Origin: an uncultured virus (IMG/VR IMGVR_UViG_3300025652_007805)
Taxonomy: Duplodnaviria; Heunggongvirae; Uroviricota; Caudoviricetes
Virus record (IMG/VR): IMGVR_UViG_3300025652_007805
Coordinates: 1-64,000 of that record
Length of the DNA stretch: 64,000 nt
Reading direction: 5' to 3' (one strand)
Part shown: piece by piece, positions 1-8,699 of the stretch
Numbering within the stretch: position 1 is the stretch's first letter
Layout of the letters: the number at the start of each line of letters is the position of its first letter
The notes under the pieces: model-generated
What the model was told of the DNA's origin: nothing
Databases searched by the model: none
The model's input: only the letters and a program-made list of their open reading frames with translations
Position numbers and translations under genes: made by a program

Positions 1-591
1 TATGCCGTTACTATAAATAGTCAAAGCTGGGCTATCGCCAGAAAGAGAATAGGCTGATTGACCATCTATTGTTTCTCCACCGGATGCAGAGACCGCTATT
101 TGATTAGAACTTGCTCTGGTTGAAGTAGTTTCATCCTTGATTATTAAAGTTTTACCAGCACCTGCGACTGAAGCTGAAGGAATCGTCAATGAAACATATG
201 ATGTTGATGTAATGCCAACTATGGAGTCATATGTATTCAAGCTGTAAGAAGTTGATGCAGAAGAAGAGTAGTGTTGATTGAGTCCACCAGAAATTATAGA
301 TATTGAGCCAGTGAACACATGAGTGTCGCCTGAATCATCTCCAAAGCGCGTACTTCCGCTTATGTCTATTTCGGTTTTAGTTGTAGTGATAACATCAAAA
401 ACATTTGCCCTAAGTGTTCCACTTATATCCATATTTCCACTAAGAACTAAAAAATCACTAGTGTAATCATACATCAAGTTAGAGCTACCAGAAATTTCCC
501 CTAGAGAGCCACTCGCAAATTGAAGAGACTGGTCTGGTCCTTTTGCTGGTTTTTGTGCGTCTGTAATATGTACCCAACCAAATTTACCCAT
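1..591 (-). CDS. Partial (runs off window) Ser/Thr/Gly-rich virion structural / tail-fibre-like protein
   Basis: Not in ORF track. Hand translation from ATG at 591 is open to position 1: MGKFGWVHITDAQKPAKGPDQSLQFASGS...SGSTRFGDDSGDTHVFTGS...LIIKDE...TIDG...ALTIYSNGI; beta-rich fibre-like composition. Confidence 0.65.
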   Translation of the reverse strand, partial: MGKFGWVHITDAQKPAKGPDQSLQFASGSLGEISGSSNLMYDYTSDFLVLSGNMDISGTLRANVFDVITTTKTEIDISGSTRFGDDSGDTHVFTGSISIISGGLNQHYSSSASTSYSLNTYDSIVGITSTSYVSLTIPSASVAGAGKTLIIKDETTSTRASSNQIAVSASGGETIDGQSAYSLSGDSPALTIYSNGI

Positions 592-603
592 TAAATAATC
601 CTA

Positions 604-1056
604 CTAAAAAGTGCTACACGCAGCGAAAGCTCTCGTATGTGCAGTGCTACGAACAAATGCAACTCGATCAACTCCAACAATTTCATATGTTCGATATTCT
701 CTCTCATCTGGAGTTATATCGGCAGGGTCTGCATGGCCTGAGTCAGCAGGGGCCGGAATAGTAATGGCGGTGGGGGCAGTGTTAGTACCAACCGGTTGAA
801 ATGACTGCGGAAGTTCAAACCATCTTTGAAAAGCGTGGGTGTAACCATATACCTTTACGGTTCCCGGTGTACCACCATTATTGTCTTCAGTTAGAACATG
901 AAGGTATCTTTGATTTTCAGTGGCATACCCTGTGGTTGTTGCCGTAACACCTAACAAGTCACCCGCAACACTAAATGTAACTTCAGTTGATGGTGGGCCT
1001 GCTAAATTTTTTGGGCCTCTTGTCCTTCCCCAGCTTGCTGCCTTATATACTGACAT
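604..1056 (-). CDS. Hypothetical protein, probably virion-associated
   Basis: 150-aa ORF with SD (AGGAGAG) and upstream CTATTTA motif; T/G/A-rich. Confidence 0.6.
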   Translation of the reverse strand: MSVYKAASWGRTRGPKNLAGPPSTEVTFSVAGDLLGVTATTTGYATENQRYLHVLTEDNNGGTPGTVKVYGYTHAFQRWFELPQSFQPVGTNTAPTAITIPAPADSGHADPADITPDEREYRTYEIVGVDRVAFVRSTAHTRAFAACSTF

Positions 1057-1085
1057 TTGTTCTCTCCTATAATACTATTTACAAA

Positions 1086-1301
1086 CTAAATAGTTCGTTT
1101 CCTTTGTTTTGCTAACTCTTTTCGGCGTCTTGCATCTGATCGTTTCTTGGCTTTTCTTTTTCTTTCCGAGGGCTTGATATAGTGGCGACGTTCTTTGGCC
1201 TCATCAATGATACCCAATTTCTTAACTTTTTTATTAAATCTTTTTATTACTCTCTCGATGTTTTCATTCTTTCGAGGTTTTACTTTATAATTACAAGCCA
1301 T
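1086..1301 (-). CDS. rpsU: Phage-encoded 30S ribosomal protein bS21
   Basis: 71 aa, very basic; pattern ENIERVIKRFNKKV...GII.E.K.R.HY.KPS.RKR typical of the S21 family. Confidence 0.9.
   Translation of the reverse strand: MACNYKVKPRKNENIERVIKRFNKKVKKLGIIDEAKERRHYIKPSERKRKAKKRSDARRRKELAKQRKRTI
1087..1094 (-). promoter_or_regulatory. Putative late-promoter motif ACTATTTA
   Basis: 30 nt upstream of ATG 1056; overlaps bS21 stop. Confidence 0.45.
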
Positions 1302-1302
1302 G

Positions 1303-1725
1303 TTATTTACCTACTACCTTTTTCCAATTGTGTGCGGATCCCATTAAAGAACTGATGTCAACACCGGGATCACTTGGTGCTATATCGCTCAGAGGTCCTT
1401 GTGTCTGTGGTTGCCCTGGGGATGGGCCTGCTCTTGTCGGTGTTGTCCCCTCAAATACATTTACACCGTTATAAGCATCCGTTCCAATAGAATCAAGAAG
1501 CTTTCGTTTTTGTTCCAATAGCCGCTTTCTTTTAGCTTCTTGGGCTGCTGAGTTATCTATCTGTGGTTTTTGTTTGGGTTGTTTTGTTTCAACAATACGA
1601 GTACTAGCAGTGCCTTTCATAACCTCTGCTATCACTGTTGATAGAATGCCCTCTTCTAGCAATACTTCATTGATACATTGTTTTACTAAAGGTTTGAGAA
1701 CCTTTTTCAATTCGTCTTTATTCAT
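1303..1725 (-). CDS. Hypothetical head-module protein with amphipathic leader (MNKDELKKVLKPLVKQCINEVLLEE)
   Basis: 140-aa ORF with SD GAGG, located between protease and bS21. Confidence 0.65.
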   Translation of the reverse strand: MNKDELKKVLKPLVKQCINEVLLEEGILSTVIAEVMKGTASTRIVETKQPKQKPQIDNSAAQEAKRKRLLEQKRKLLDSIGTDAYNGVNVFEGTTPTRAGPSPGQPQTQGPLSDIAPSDPGVDISSLMGSAHNWKKVVGK

Positions 1726-1737
1726 TATTGCCTCAGA

Positions 1738-2361
1738 TTAGTCTTTTAAAATCTTTTTAAATAAGTCTCCGATAATTTCGGTCTTATTTTCATTAATTTT
1801 CTTCTCATAAATAGAAGTGGAGATACTTTTTGGTTTATTATCGGGATAAATATAAGCATCAGGTGTTGAAGGTTCAGATACAATATCAAAACAAATTAGT
1901 TCAAAATCTTCTTGAACCATAGAAGCACCCATTTGTTCTTGGACGGAACCCATACCTCTTGACGAGATACCAAGCTTAACACCGGAGTTAACAAGGTCTT
2001 TTACAACTTTGCCTGATGGTGTGTCCAAAATTTTGATCTTTCCGATAACATCGTTACCATCCCACCAAATATCGGTAATTAAATGAGATACATTACGAAG
2101 ATTAATAACTGAATCGTCTGGGTGATCTAGTTCTCCTAATGCTCTGTTGTCTTTTACAACATTCTCATATTTTTGTATTTCTCTTCTCAAAACATTACAG
2201 GGGTAGATTCTACCATTACCATTCTTCTTCTCGCAAGTTTGAATGCGACCGGAAAGATAAAGGGCACCATCGGCAACTTCCTTTTTCTCTCTTTCGGTTA
2301 AAAGATCTTGGCAGATTCCGTCTTTACATAATTCATAAAATTCTGTTAAAAGTTTTTTCAT
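1738..2361 (-). CDS. Prohead core protease (T4 gp21-like)
   Basis: Motifs NGNGRIYP, ALGELDHP, GISSRGMGS, FDIVSEPSTPDAY. Confidence 0.93.
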   Translation of the reverse strand: MKKLLTEFYELCKDGICQDLLTEREKKEVADGALYLSGRIQTCEKKNGNGRIYPCNVLRREIQKYENVVKDNRALGELDHPDDSVINLRNVSHLITDIWWDGNDVIGKIKILDTPSGKVVKDLVNSGVKLGISSRGMGSVQEQMGASMVQEDFELICFDIVSEPSTPDAYIYPDNKPKSISTSIYEKKINENKTEIIGDLFKKILKD

Positions 2362-2372
2362 TAGTTTGTCCC

Positions 2373-2651
2373 TTAGTTAGCAGGTATATTCATTTTCTTT
2401 GCTTTTTTATAAACAAGATCAAGCCCATCCATATCTTTCTTTTTTGCCATATTATGTATCATTTCCATTTCACCATCTGGACCATATTGATATCTTGTTA
2501 AAAGAACTCCAACAATATCATCACGACCAATTGCTTTTAAATCGGCTTTCAATTGTTCCATTTCTTTTGAATTCCACTCATATGAACCTTCTCGTAATGA
2601 GTTTAATTCTTCTTTAATAATCTCTATCAATCTTTCTTTTGTAATCTTCAT
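2373..2651 (-). CDS. Hypothetical protein with MKITKERLIEIIKEE leader
   Basis: 92-aa ORF with SD AAGGA. Confidence 0.65.
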   Translation of the reverse strand: MKITKERLIEIIKEELNSLREGSYEWNSKEMEQLKADLKAIGRDDIVGVLLTRYQYGPDGEMEMIHNMAKKKDMDGLDLVYKKAKKMNIPAN

Positions 2652-2665
2652 TATTATAATTCCTT

Positions 2666-2693
2666 AAAAAATAAAAAACGGGCGCAACCCGTT
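2666..2693 (-). terminator. Rho-independent terminator
   Basis: Minus strand AACGGG-TTGCG-CCCGTT stem-loop followed by a T-rich run, 4 nt after the stop of the 19-aa ORF. Confidence 0.7.
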
Positions 2694-2697
2694 CGAG

Positions 2698-2757
2698 TTA
2701 GGATCCAGAACAGCAGCGACGAACTGGTTGAAGCATCCATTTAGTTGTCCAAGTCAT
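2698..2757 (-). CDS. Unannotated 19-aa peptide MTWTTKWMLQPVRRCCSGS
   Basis: ATG overlaps upstream TGA (ATGA); SD GGAGAGG just upstream; terminator follows. Confidence 0.55.
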   Translation of the reverse strand: MTWTTKWMLQPVRRCCSGS

Positions 2758-3131
2758 TTGTCCTCTCCTGTTTTGTTAATTTTTAAACCACCATCATTAA
2801 TTAGCATAGATAATATGTATGAAGTTCCCGAAGCAACCCAGCCACATATAAACATATTTCCAATGGAGTATTTGAAAGTAAATAGTTCTGTCCATCCGTT
2901 TATGAAAAACAAAAACATTCCTACCCAAAATCCCATACACATGGCACAATTCGCCATATATCCAATAAGACCGTATTGGTCTCTCCGGGGGCGGATTTTT
3001 TCAAATATTTTAGAATAAACTAAAATCTGTGTTAGTCCGTATGCGGCTAAAATAAACCAAATCATTCCCATATCAAACTCTACCATATTAAGATCGTCTG
3101 CGATGTTTATATTGCTACTATCAATATTCAT
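2754..3131 (-). CDS. Membrane protein with CxxC (DUF1360-like)
   Basis: Three hydrophobic segments; CAMCMGFWVG motif. Confidence 0.6.
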   Translation of the reverse strand: MNIDSSNINIADDLNMVEFDMGMIWFILAAYGLTQILVYSKIFEKIRPRRDQYGLIGYMANCAMCMGFWVGMFLFFINGWTELFTFKYSIGNMFICGWVASGTSYILSMLINDGGLKINKTGEDK

Positions 3132-3134
3132 TTT

Positions 3135-3725
3135 CTACTCATATGAATACCGACCATAAATATAAGACCCAAATACATCGCTTTGAGGTATTGACCCTTT
3201 TTCAGTTTCTTGTGGAACTTCGCCGAGTTCAGTTGAATTTGCAGCATCAGGGTCAAGCAACGCATCATCCATCATATCGTCGTATGCTTCCATTGCTTTA
3301 AAGTATGGTCGCTCTCCGTCCATCCATTGGCTGATTTCATATAAAGAAGCTTTGACCGAATCAAGCTCTGTTGATTCTAAAATTTTAGCCTCAAGGGACC
3401 CGTAGACATTACCGCCTTGAATTGAATCAAAAGCAACAACACCCTTTTTCTTGAGGTGATCAAATAGTCGGCTCTCTGCTCCATAAACCACTTCGGACAT
3501 TAAATCTTTAGCAAAGGCAACAATCTTATTTGATTCAAGCATAACAACGATATCAATATCAGCATGATCAAAGATCATTAAGTCGCCGTTCAGAGCCCTT
3601 CGCATATTTAATTTAAATTCCAGCATTTGTCTATTGGGATCAACGATCTTAATATTAACCGTCTCGTTTGCTGGCTGTTCGATTGGTTCTGGGGTAGGAT
3701 CGGTAATATTTACTTTAATAGCCAT
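3135..3725 (-). CDS. Hypothetical acidic protein
   Basis: 196-aa ORF coupled to upstream gene (TAATG overlap). Confidence 0.65.
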   Translation of the reverse strand: MAIKVNITDPTPEPIEQPANETVNIKIVDPNRQMLEFKLNMRRALNGDLMIFDHADIDIVVMLESNKIVAFAKDLMSEVVYGAESRLFDHLKKKGVVAFDSIQGGNVYGSLEAKILESTELDSVKASLYEISQWMDGERPYFKAMEAYDDMMDDALLDPDAANSTELGEVPQETEKGSIPQSDVFGSYIYGRYSYE

Positions 3726-4549
3726 TATTCGAGCACCTCAGAAACAAAATCTTGAATATAAAATACTTCTTTTACCAATTCTTCGGTAATTGGAGTTTTC
3801 TTATAATTTTCAAGCTTCTCAAGAATTCTTTGAGTATTATTATAGAATTCTTTATTATTTTTAATTTTATCTGTCTCGGAACATTTTGAGACTTGTTCCT
3901 TGAGTCGGGCCACTTCTTCGTTCAAAAACGATTTAAGACCAAGGCCGTTATCTGAGAAAGATGTGATATAGTTTGTTAAGAGATCCTTTTGTTCTTTACG
4001 AAGGGTATTATCATAAGTTTCATTAAATTTGTTAACGAATGTCTTATACTCCAAACTATCAATATGTTTCATTTCTTGCTTTTCTTCTGTCTTTGTAGAA
4101 GCAAGCATTCCAACGACTCTTTGTTCCAAAATCAAACGAGTTTTAGCATTAGCACCCTCTGAATTGAAATACTGATACAAAGATCCGATGTTCTTATAAT
4201 TTGATATAAAGTTTGAGAAAACAGCATTAGAATAAGATTCGTTGATCTCTTTAATTAAAGCGGTCTGTTGGTTGAAGATTTCTTTCTTATCAAGATTATT
4301 GAAATCTTTTTTGACCTCAAACAAAAATCTTTGAGAAAGATTCGGAGACATTACTTCTGCTTCTAATACAGATTTGTAGATTTCCAATTCTTTTTTAAGC
4401 GGAGAACCAGCATTAAAATATTTTTTAATGGTCTCCAGCACTTTTTGTTTTTTCTCTTCTTGTCCTCGGACAATTGCTTTTGTTAATTCTGTGATTAATG
4501 ATTCGTAAAGAAAAGCGGTATTTCTTTTCTTATTGTGTCTTACTCTCAT
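3725..4549 (-). CDS. Hypothetical helical protein directly downstream of portal
   Basis: 274 aa, N-terminal RHNKKRNTAFLYE; overlaps portal 3' end. Confidence 0.7.
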   Translation of the reverse strand: MRVRHNKKRNTAFLYESLITELTKAIVRGQEEKKQKVLETIKKYFNAGSPLKKELEIYKSVLEAEVMSPNLSQRFLFEVKKDFNNLDKKEIFNQQTALIKEINESYSNAVFSNFISNYKNIGSLYQYFNSEGANAKTRLILEQRVVGMLASTKTEEKQEMKHIDSLEYKTFVNKFNETYDNTLRKEQKDLLTNYITSFSDNGLGLKSFLNEEVARLKEQVSKCSETDKIKNNKEFYNNTQRILEKLENYKKTPITEELVKEVFYIQDFVSEVLE

Positions 4550-6461
4550 TTTCTGTGTTCTCCGATTTGTTTAAGCCTTCTAAAAGCTTCTTTATTTCTG
4601 TTGATGTTTTAAATAGTTTTTCTTCTTCTATTTTGTCCAATGATTTATTTTCTGTTATACCTCTGGCTAATGAGTCCAGCCCACCATAGCCAGTCTTACC
4701 TTTATAAATACTTCTGGTTGTGTTTCCAAACTCGCCTGTGGCTTGATTTTTCATATGTTTAGAAAAGCCGCCTTTGCGATATTTTAACTGATGTTTCTTA
4801 TATGGACCTCTGGTTTTATCGTCGTCTCGTTTACCGGGGGCAGCGAGAAGAGTACCATCGTCTTCAGCAGCAGCGGGTTCTTCGGCAGCACCTTCGTCCC
4901 CGCCAAGATCAAGTTCATCACCGCCGCCAAGATCAAGTTCATCACCGCCAGTATCATCACCGCCGAGGTCAAGGTCTCCACCGCCGCCAGTGGCTTCGGG
5001 TGCTTGTCCAGCGGCTTCAAGTCCAGCCATAAACTTTCTATCATAGAACATTTCTCTTTGCATTCTAATGAATTCGTCTTCGGAGATACCAAACATATGT
5101 TCAGCGATCCATCGCATGGAAAAGAACCCTTCAGTAGCAGCACCGGCGACATCAAATTTGGTTTTCCAATGTTCAAGTTCTTGGAGTTCAGCGATCTTTG
5201 AAGGATTATTCAAAGCAAGGTCAAATGCTAAAAGATCGTCTCCTCTGAAGCCTAAAGTAAAAAGATGAATAATTCCAATTTTTTCCAATTCTGAAATAAC
5301 AACTCTTTGTAATCTTTGAATTGTTCTGGCGAAACGAATATCCTTTTGTGCTAAAGTTGTTTTATCCTCTGAGGATCCTTCGCCCATAACAAGATATGAT
5401 TGGGGAACTTTAAGAGCAGCAAATAATTTTTCTCTTAAATACTTAACATCTTCTACGGTTCCTGTAAATTGACCACCGGGGAGGTTTTGTATTTCTGTTC
5501 CAGAAGCACCACCGCGAATAGGAATAAAGTAATCTTCTTCAATTGATAAGGGATTATAGCGAAGATCAACTCGACCAGTTTTTGGATCAACAACTTGATG
5601 TCGTTTCATTTGAGTCATAACTTTCTGCATATACTGTTCAACATCGTTTGGTGCGATATTTCCAACATCAATTTTAAACACTCGTCTTTCTGGGCTTCTT
5701 ACAATTCTATATGCCATCATAGCATCTTCAAGAAGAGTTAATTGTCTCCAGATACGACGGGCAGGCTCAAGAACCGAAGTTCCATAAGGAGAATGCTTGT
5801 CGTTACCAAGAATGCGGAAATGAGCCATTTGCCAGTTTTCAAGAGTCATACCGGCACTATTCCATTGATATTGGACATAATTTGGGTTTGTCTCATCTTC
5901 TCCCTCTAATCTTTCAATTTCTTGGGGAGGTAGACCGATTACGCTTCTGATTCCCATTTTGTCATCAATGTCCAAATATAAAAACAAATCCCCATACTTA
6001 CACATTGTACGAGACCAACCAAAGAGATTGTGGTCAATGTTTAAAACATTATGATACAAAGAGTGTAAAATAGACTTTATTTCTTCATTAGGGCACTTAA
6101 TTCTTAACATGGGTTGTAAAGAAGAATGAGTGGTCATTTCATCAGCATAAATATCAATAGCAGAAGCAATGATAGGTTCATATTCCATTTGGTCAAAATC
6201 GACATACCTCTCAGAACGACCCCTGTTGGAAATCATATTAAGAGTGGTCACATTCATTGGGTTGTATTCTGACTTCTTAAATTGTTGTCCGGAAGCAGAT
6301 TTAAACTTAGAAGAATAAATATCCAAATGTCTTCTTCTTAATTGGCGACCCGATTGTGTTCGTCTCTGTGTTAGTGGACCAGAGAGCAATCTTGTTAGTT
6401 GCTTAAATAATCCTGATTCGTCATTATATGGGTTTCTTGTATTCTTTCTTCTTGGGGCCAT
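4530..6461 (-). CDS. Portal vertex protein (T4 gp20-like) with long C-terminal extension
   Basis: LLEDAMMAYRIVRSPERRVFKIDVGN, EEDYFIPIR, EDVKYLREKLFAALKVP; adjacent to terminase. Confidence 0.93.
   Translation of the reverse strand: MAPRRKNTRNPYNDESGLFKQLTRLLSGPLTQRRTQSGRQLRRRHLDIYSSKFKSASGQQFKKSEYNPMNVTTLNMISNRGRSERYVDFDQMEYEPIIASAIDIYADEMTTHSSLQPMLRIKCPNEEIKSILHSLYHNVLNIDHNLFGWSRTMCKYGDLFLYLDIDDKMGIRSVIGLPPQEIERLEGEDETNPNYVQYQWNSAGMTLENWQMAHFRILGNDKHSPYGTSVLEPARRIWRQLTLLEDAMMAYRIVRSPERRVFKIDVGNIAPNDVEQYMQKVMTQMKRHQVVDPKTGRVDLRYNPLSIEEDYFIPIRGGASGTEIQNLPGGQFTGTVEDVKYLREKLFAALKVPQSYLVMGEGSSEDKTTLAQKDIRFARTIQRLQRVVISELEKIGIIHLFTLGFRGDDLLAFDLALNNPSKIAELQELEHWKTKFDVAGAATEGFFSMRWIAEHMFGISEDEFIRMQREMFYDRKFMAGLEAAGQAPEATGGGGDLDLGGDDTGGDELDLGGGDELDLGGDEGAAEEPAAAEDDGTLLAAPGKRDDDKTRGPYKKHQLKYRKGGFSKHMKNQATGEFGNTTRSIYKGKTGYGGLDSLARGITENKSLDKIEEEKLFKTSTEIKKLLEGLNKSENTENESKTQ
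4900..4949. repeat. 24-bp tandem repeat x2 (plus degenerate copies) encoding GGDELDLG in the portal tail
   Basis: ccgccaagatcaagttcatcaccg at 4900-4923 and 4924-4947. Confidence 0.9.
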
Positions 6462-6466
6462 TTTAT

Positions 6467-8050
6467 TTATCCTTTAAAAATCCAAACAAAATCACTCATT
6501 TGTTGTTTTGCTTCTAATTGTTTTTCTTTGATGTCTGATCCGTATCCATTCATTCCTTTAATTGAAGTGTTCATTGTGGTTTTGTTTAGATACATAGAAT
6601 TTAACATTGCTTTTTTATATTCTGCTTCTCTTTGATTTACTTGTAGTGCGGTATCTCTAACCCAACATGCGATAGCCAAAGACATAACCAAGTCGTCATG
6701 ATAAGATCGCATGGCTTGGGGTTTTCCATTTTTCCAAATAAAGGTTTTAAACTCATGAAAAGTTCTTGACGAATAAAGATTTATCATTTTATTTCTTATA
6801 AACTCCTCAAGTTTTGCTACAATCAAAGGACGAGTCTTTGTAGAAGTTGTGAAACCCGCTACAGCAGTGTCCATTGCTTCGCCTTGAACAGACTCCACAA
6901 ATTCATGTGTTGATTTGATTGAGTAATAAAGGTTGGGATACCCAAGAGTAATTAGTTTTTCCAAGATCGATATACCAATTCCGTTGTTTTCAACAACTAA
7001 AAGGCAATTTCCGTATTCCGTACCTGCACTGAACAACATTTGAGAGTACATATCAAGAGTTGGTTTGCCTTGGTATTCTGCTACAATTTCCATTGTTTCT
7101 AATTTTAAAACATGAAATACAGAATTATCAGCACCGTCGCCTCTAGCAACATCAGCAACAAGCATATAGGAAAACCCTTCTTCAAATTTCTCCCAAATCC
7201 AAAAGTTTCTATCATACCCTGTTCTATATACTGGTTCTCTAATTGTTTCGTTTATCCAAGCAATATCATCAGGGTGGATTACTGTGTCGCCTGATGTATT
7301 AAAGTTGCATTCTAACTCTTGTGCTATTTGTCTCCGAGACATATTTTTTGTCTCTTTGTTGAACCACTCATGGTTTCTTTCGGGGTGAACATCCCATGGA
7401 AGACAAACCGGGTGGAAATCGTTCTCTTTATTGTCGGCATCAATATAGGTTTTATGAAACCAGTTTCCAACACCGTTTGGAGTTGAAAGAGCAATGCAGC
7501 GACCACCAGTTGATAGAGTAGGATACAAACCAGTCCAGAGTTCTTTTAACCCATCAACGTGAGCAGCCTCATCAATTACCAAAAGCGAAAGAGCTTCAGA
7601 ACGACCGGCGTCGCCAGAAGTAGAAGCGGCTTTGATTTGTGATCCATTTGATAATTCAAATGATGTTCTGTTATCAATTGAAATTGTAGCCACTTGCATC
7701 CAAGGAGGCAGATTCTTCATTATAGCTTTTACTTTCTTTACCAAGTTGGCAGCAGTCGCAAATTTGGTTGCGATGACCAGAACATTTTTATCACGATGAA
7801 ACAACATAAGCCACACACAATATGCGGCTGTAATAGTTGAAATGCCCAACTGTCGGGCTTTTAGTATAACTGTAAAGCGGAAATCATTGTAGTCGTTTAA
7901 TAAATCATCTTGATACGGATAAGTTTTAAACGGAACGAGTCCTTTCAGTGGGTGTGAGATCCTACAAAAATTATTTGTAAAGTAAACTGGATCTTTCCCG
8001 CATTTAAGGATTTCTTTTACAATCTCCTTTTTTGAGAGTTTAAAAGACAT
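6467..8050 (-). CDS. terL: Terminase large subunit (T4 gp17-like)
   Basis: Walker A ILKARQLGISTI, Walker B LLVIDEAAH, STPNG coupling motif, nuclease ADVARGDG and HDDLVMSLA. Confidence 0.95.
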   Translation of the reverse strand: MSFKLSKKEIVKEILKCGKDPVYFTNNFCRISHPLKGLVPFKTYPYQDDLLNDYNDFRFTVILKARQLGISTITAAYCVWLMLFHRDKNVLVIATKFATAANLVKKVKAIMKNLPPWMQVATISIDNRTSFELSNGSQIKAASTSGDAGRSEALSLLVIDEAAHVDGLKELWTGLYPTLSTGGRCIALSTPNGVGNWFHKTYIDADNKENDFHPVCLPWDVHPERNHEWFNKETKNMSRRQIAQELECNFNTSGDTVIHPDDIAWINETIREPVYRTGYDRNFWIWEKFEEGFSYMLVADVARGDGADNSVFHVLKLETMEIVAEYQGKPTLDMYSQMLFSAGTEYGNCLLVVENNGIGISILEKLITLGYPNLYYSIKSTHEFVESVQGEAMDTAVAGFTTSTKTRPLIVAKLEEFIRNKMINLYSSRTFHEFKTFIWKNGKPQAMRSYHDDLVMSLAIACWVRDTALQVNQREAEYKKAMLNSMYLNKTTMNTSIKGMNGYGSDIKEKQLEAKQQMSDFVWIFKG

Positions 8051-8592
8051 TATTTCCTAGTGTCGTTACTTGGCCTCTTTTTAGAACTAAGAGAAAGAAA
8101 ATCTCTGATTGATTTATCTACTGTGTCCTCGGAAGGAGACAAGATTGGTTCTGAATCAACACCGGAGATTTTATACCATTGGTATGCCTGTACCCAAGAA
8201 TGAACACGGGAAACAGATTGCACTAACACTTTCATTTCGTCTTCTTTCATAAGAGTGATTTTAACTGATTCGCCAGTAATGGCTTTATATTCTTTTTGCA
8301 AGAACTTTTTAATTTCATTAATTCGTCTCGCGATTTCATCTTCAAACCCACCAGCATAAACTTCTTTGAGTTTAACTTCTGATTGATAATTGATGCACAT
8401 CGCATCACCAGAAAATTTAACTTTAAATCCATCAATAACTCTTGAATCAAGAATAGGATCGCCTTCTTCGCGATTAAGTCCCATTGATCGTGCTTTTCCA
8501 TCGGCAGCATATCGCTCGTCGTGTGAGCCGTCATATGAATTGGCTGCTGCTTGAGCAAGACCTTGTACGATTTTTAGTGTGTTTGAACTCAT
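8050..8592 (-). CDS. Hypothetical protein
   Basis: 180-aa ORF coupled to terL. Confidence 0.65.
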   Translation of the reverse strand: MSSNTLKIVQGLAQAAANSYDGSHDERYAADGKARSMGLNREEGDPILDSRVIDGFKVKFSGDAMCINYQSEVKLKEVYAGGFEDEIARRINEIKKFLQKEYKAITGESVKITLMKEDEMKVLVQSVSRVHSWVQAYQWYKISGVDSEPILSPSEDTVDKSIRDFLSLSSKKRPSNDTRK

Positions 8593-8699
8593 TTGCTTAT
8601 TTCCTCTTCTGTGTTTTGCTCTTCAGAGGCATCTTGTGTTGTAAGTTTTTCAAGTTCTTCTTTAATAATTTGCTTGAGTTGTTCTTTAGTGAGTTTCAT
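8589..8699 (-). CDS. Unannotated 36-aa mini-protein MKLTKEQLKQIIKEELEKLTTQDASEEQNTEEEISK
   Basis: Exactly fills the gap, with ATGA overlaps at both ends; GGAG upstream; same leader as 2373..2651. Confidence 0.7.
   Translation of the reverse strand: MKLTKEQLKQIIKEELEKLTTQDASEEQNTEEEISK

Noticed and set aside
13..21. ACTATTTAT motif copy at the window start
   Set aside because: It is within coding sequence (LTIYS) and the downstream gene is outside the window, so it cannot be assessed
2664..2756. Selenocysteine or stop readthrough at the TGA of the CxxC membrane gene, since a hairpin lies downstream
   Set aside because: The hairpin is about 60 nt away and followed by a T-run (terminator-like), whereas bacterial SECIS elements lie immediately after UGA; the overlapping SD-led ORF explains the region better
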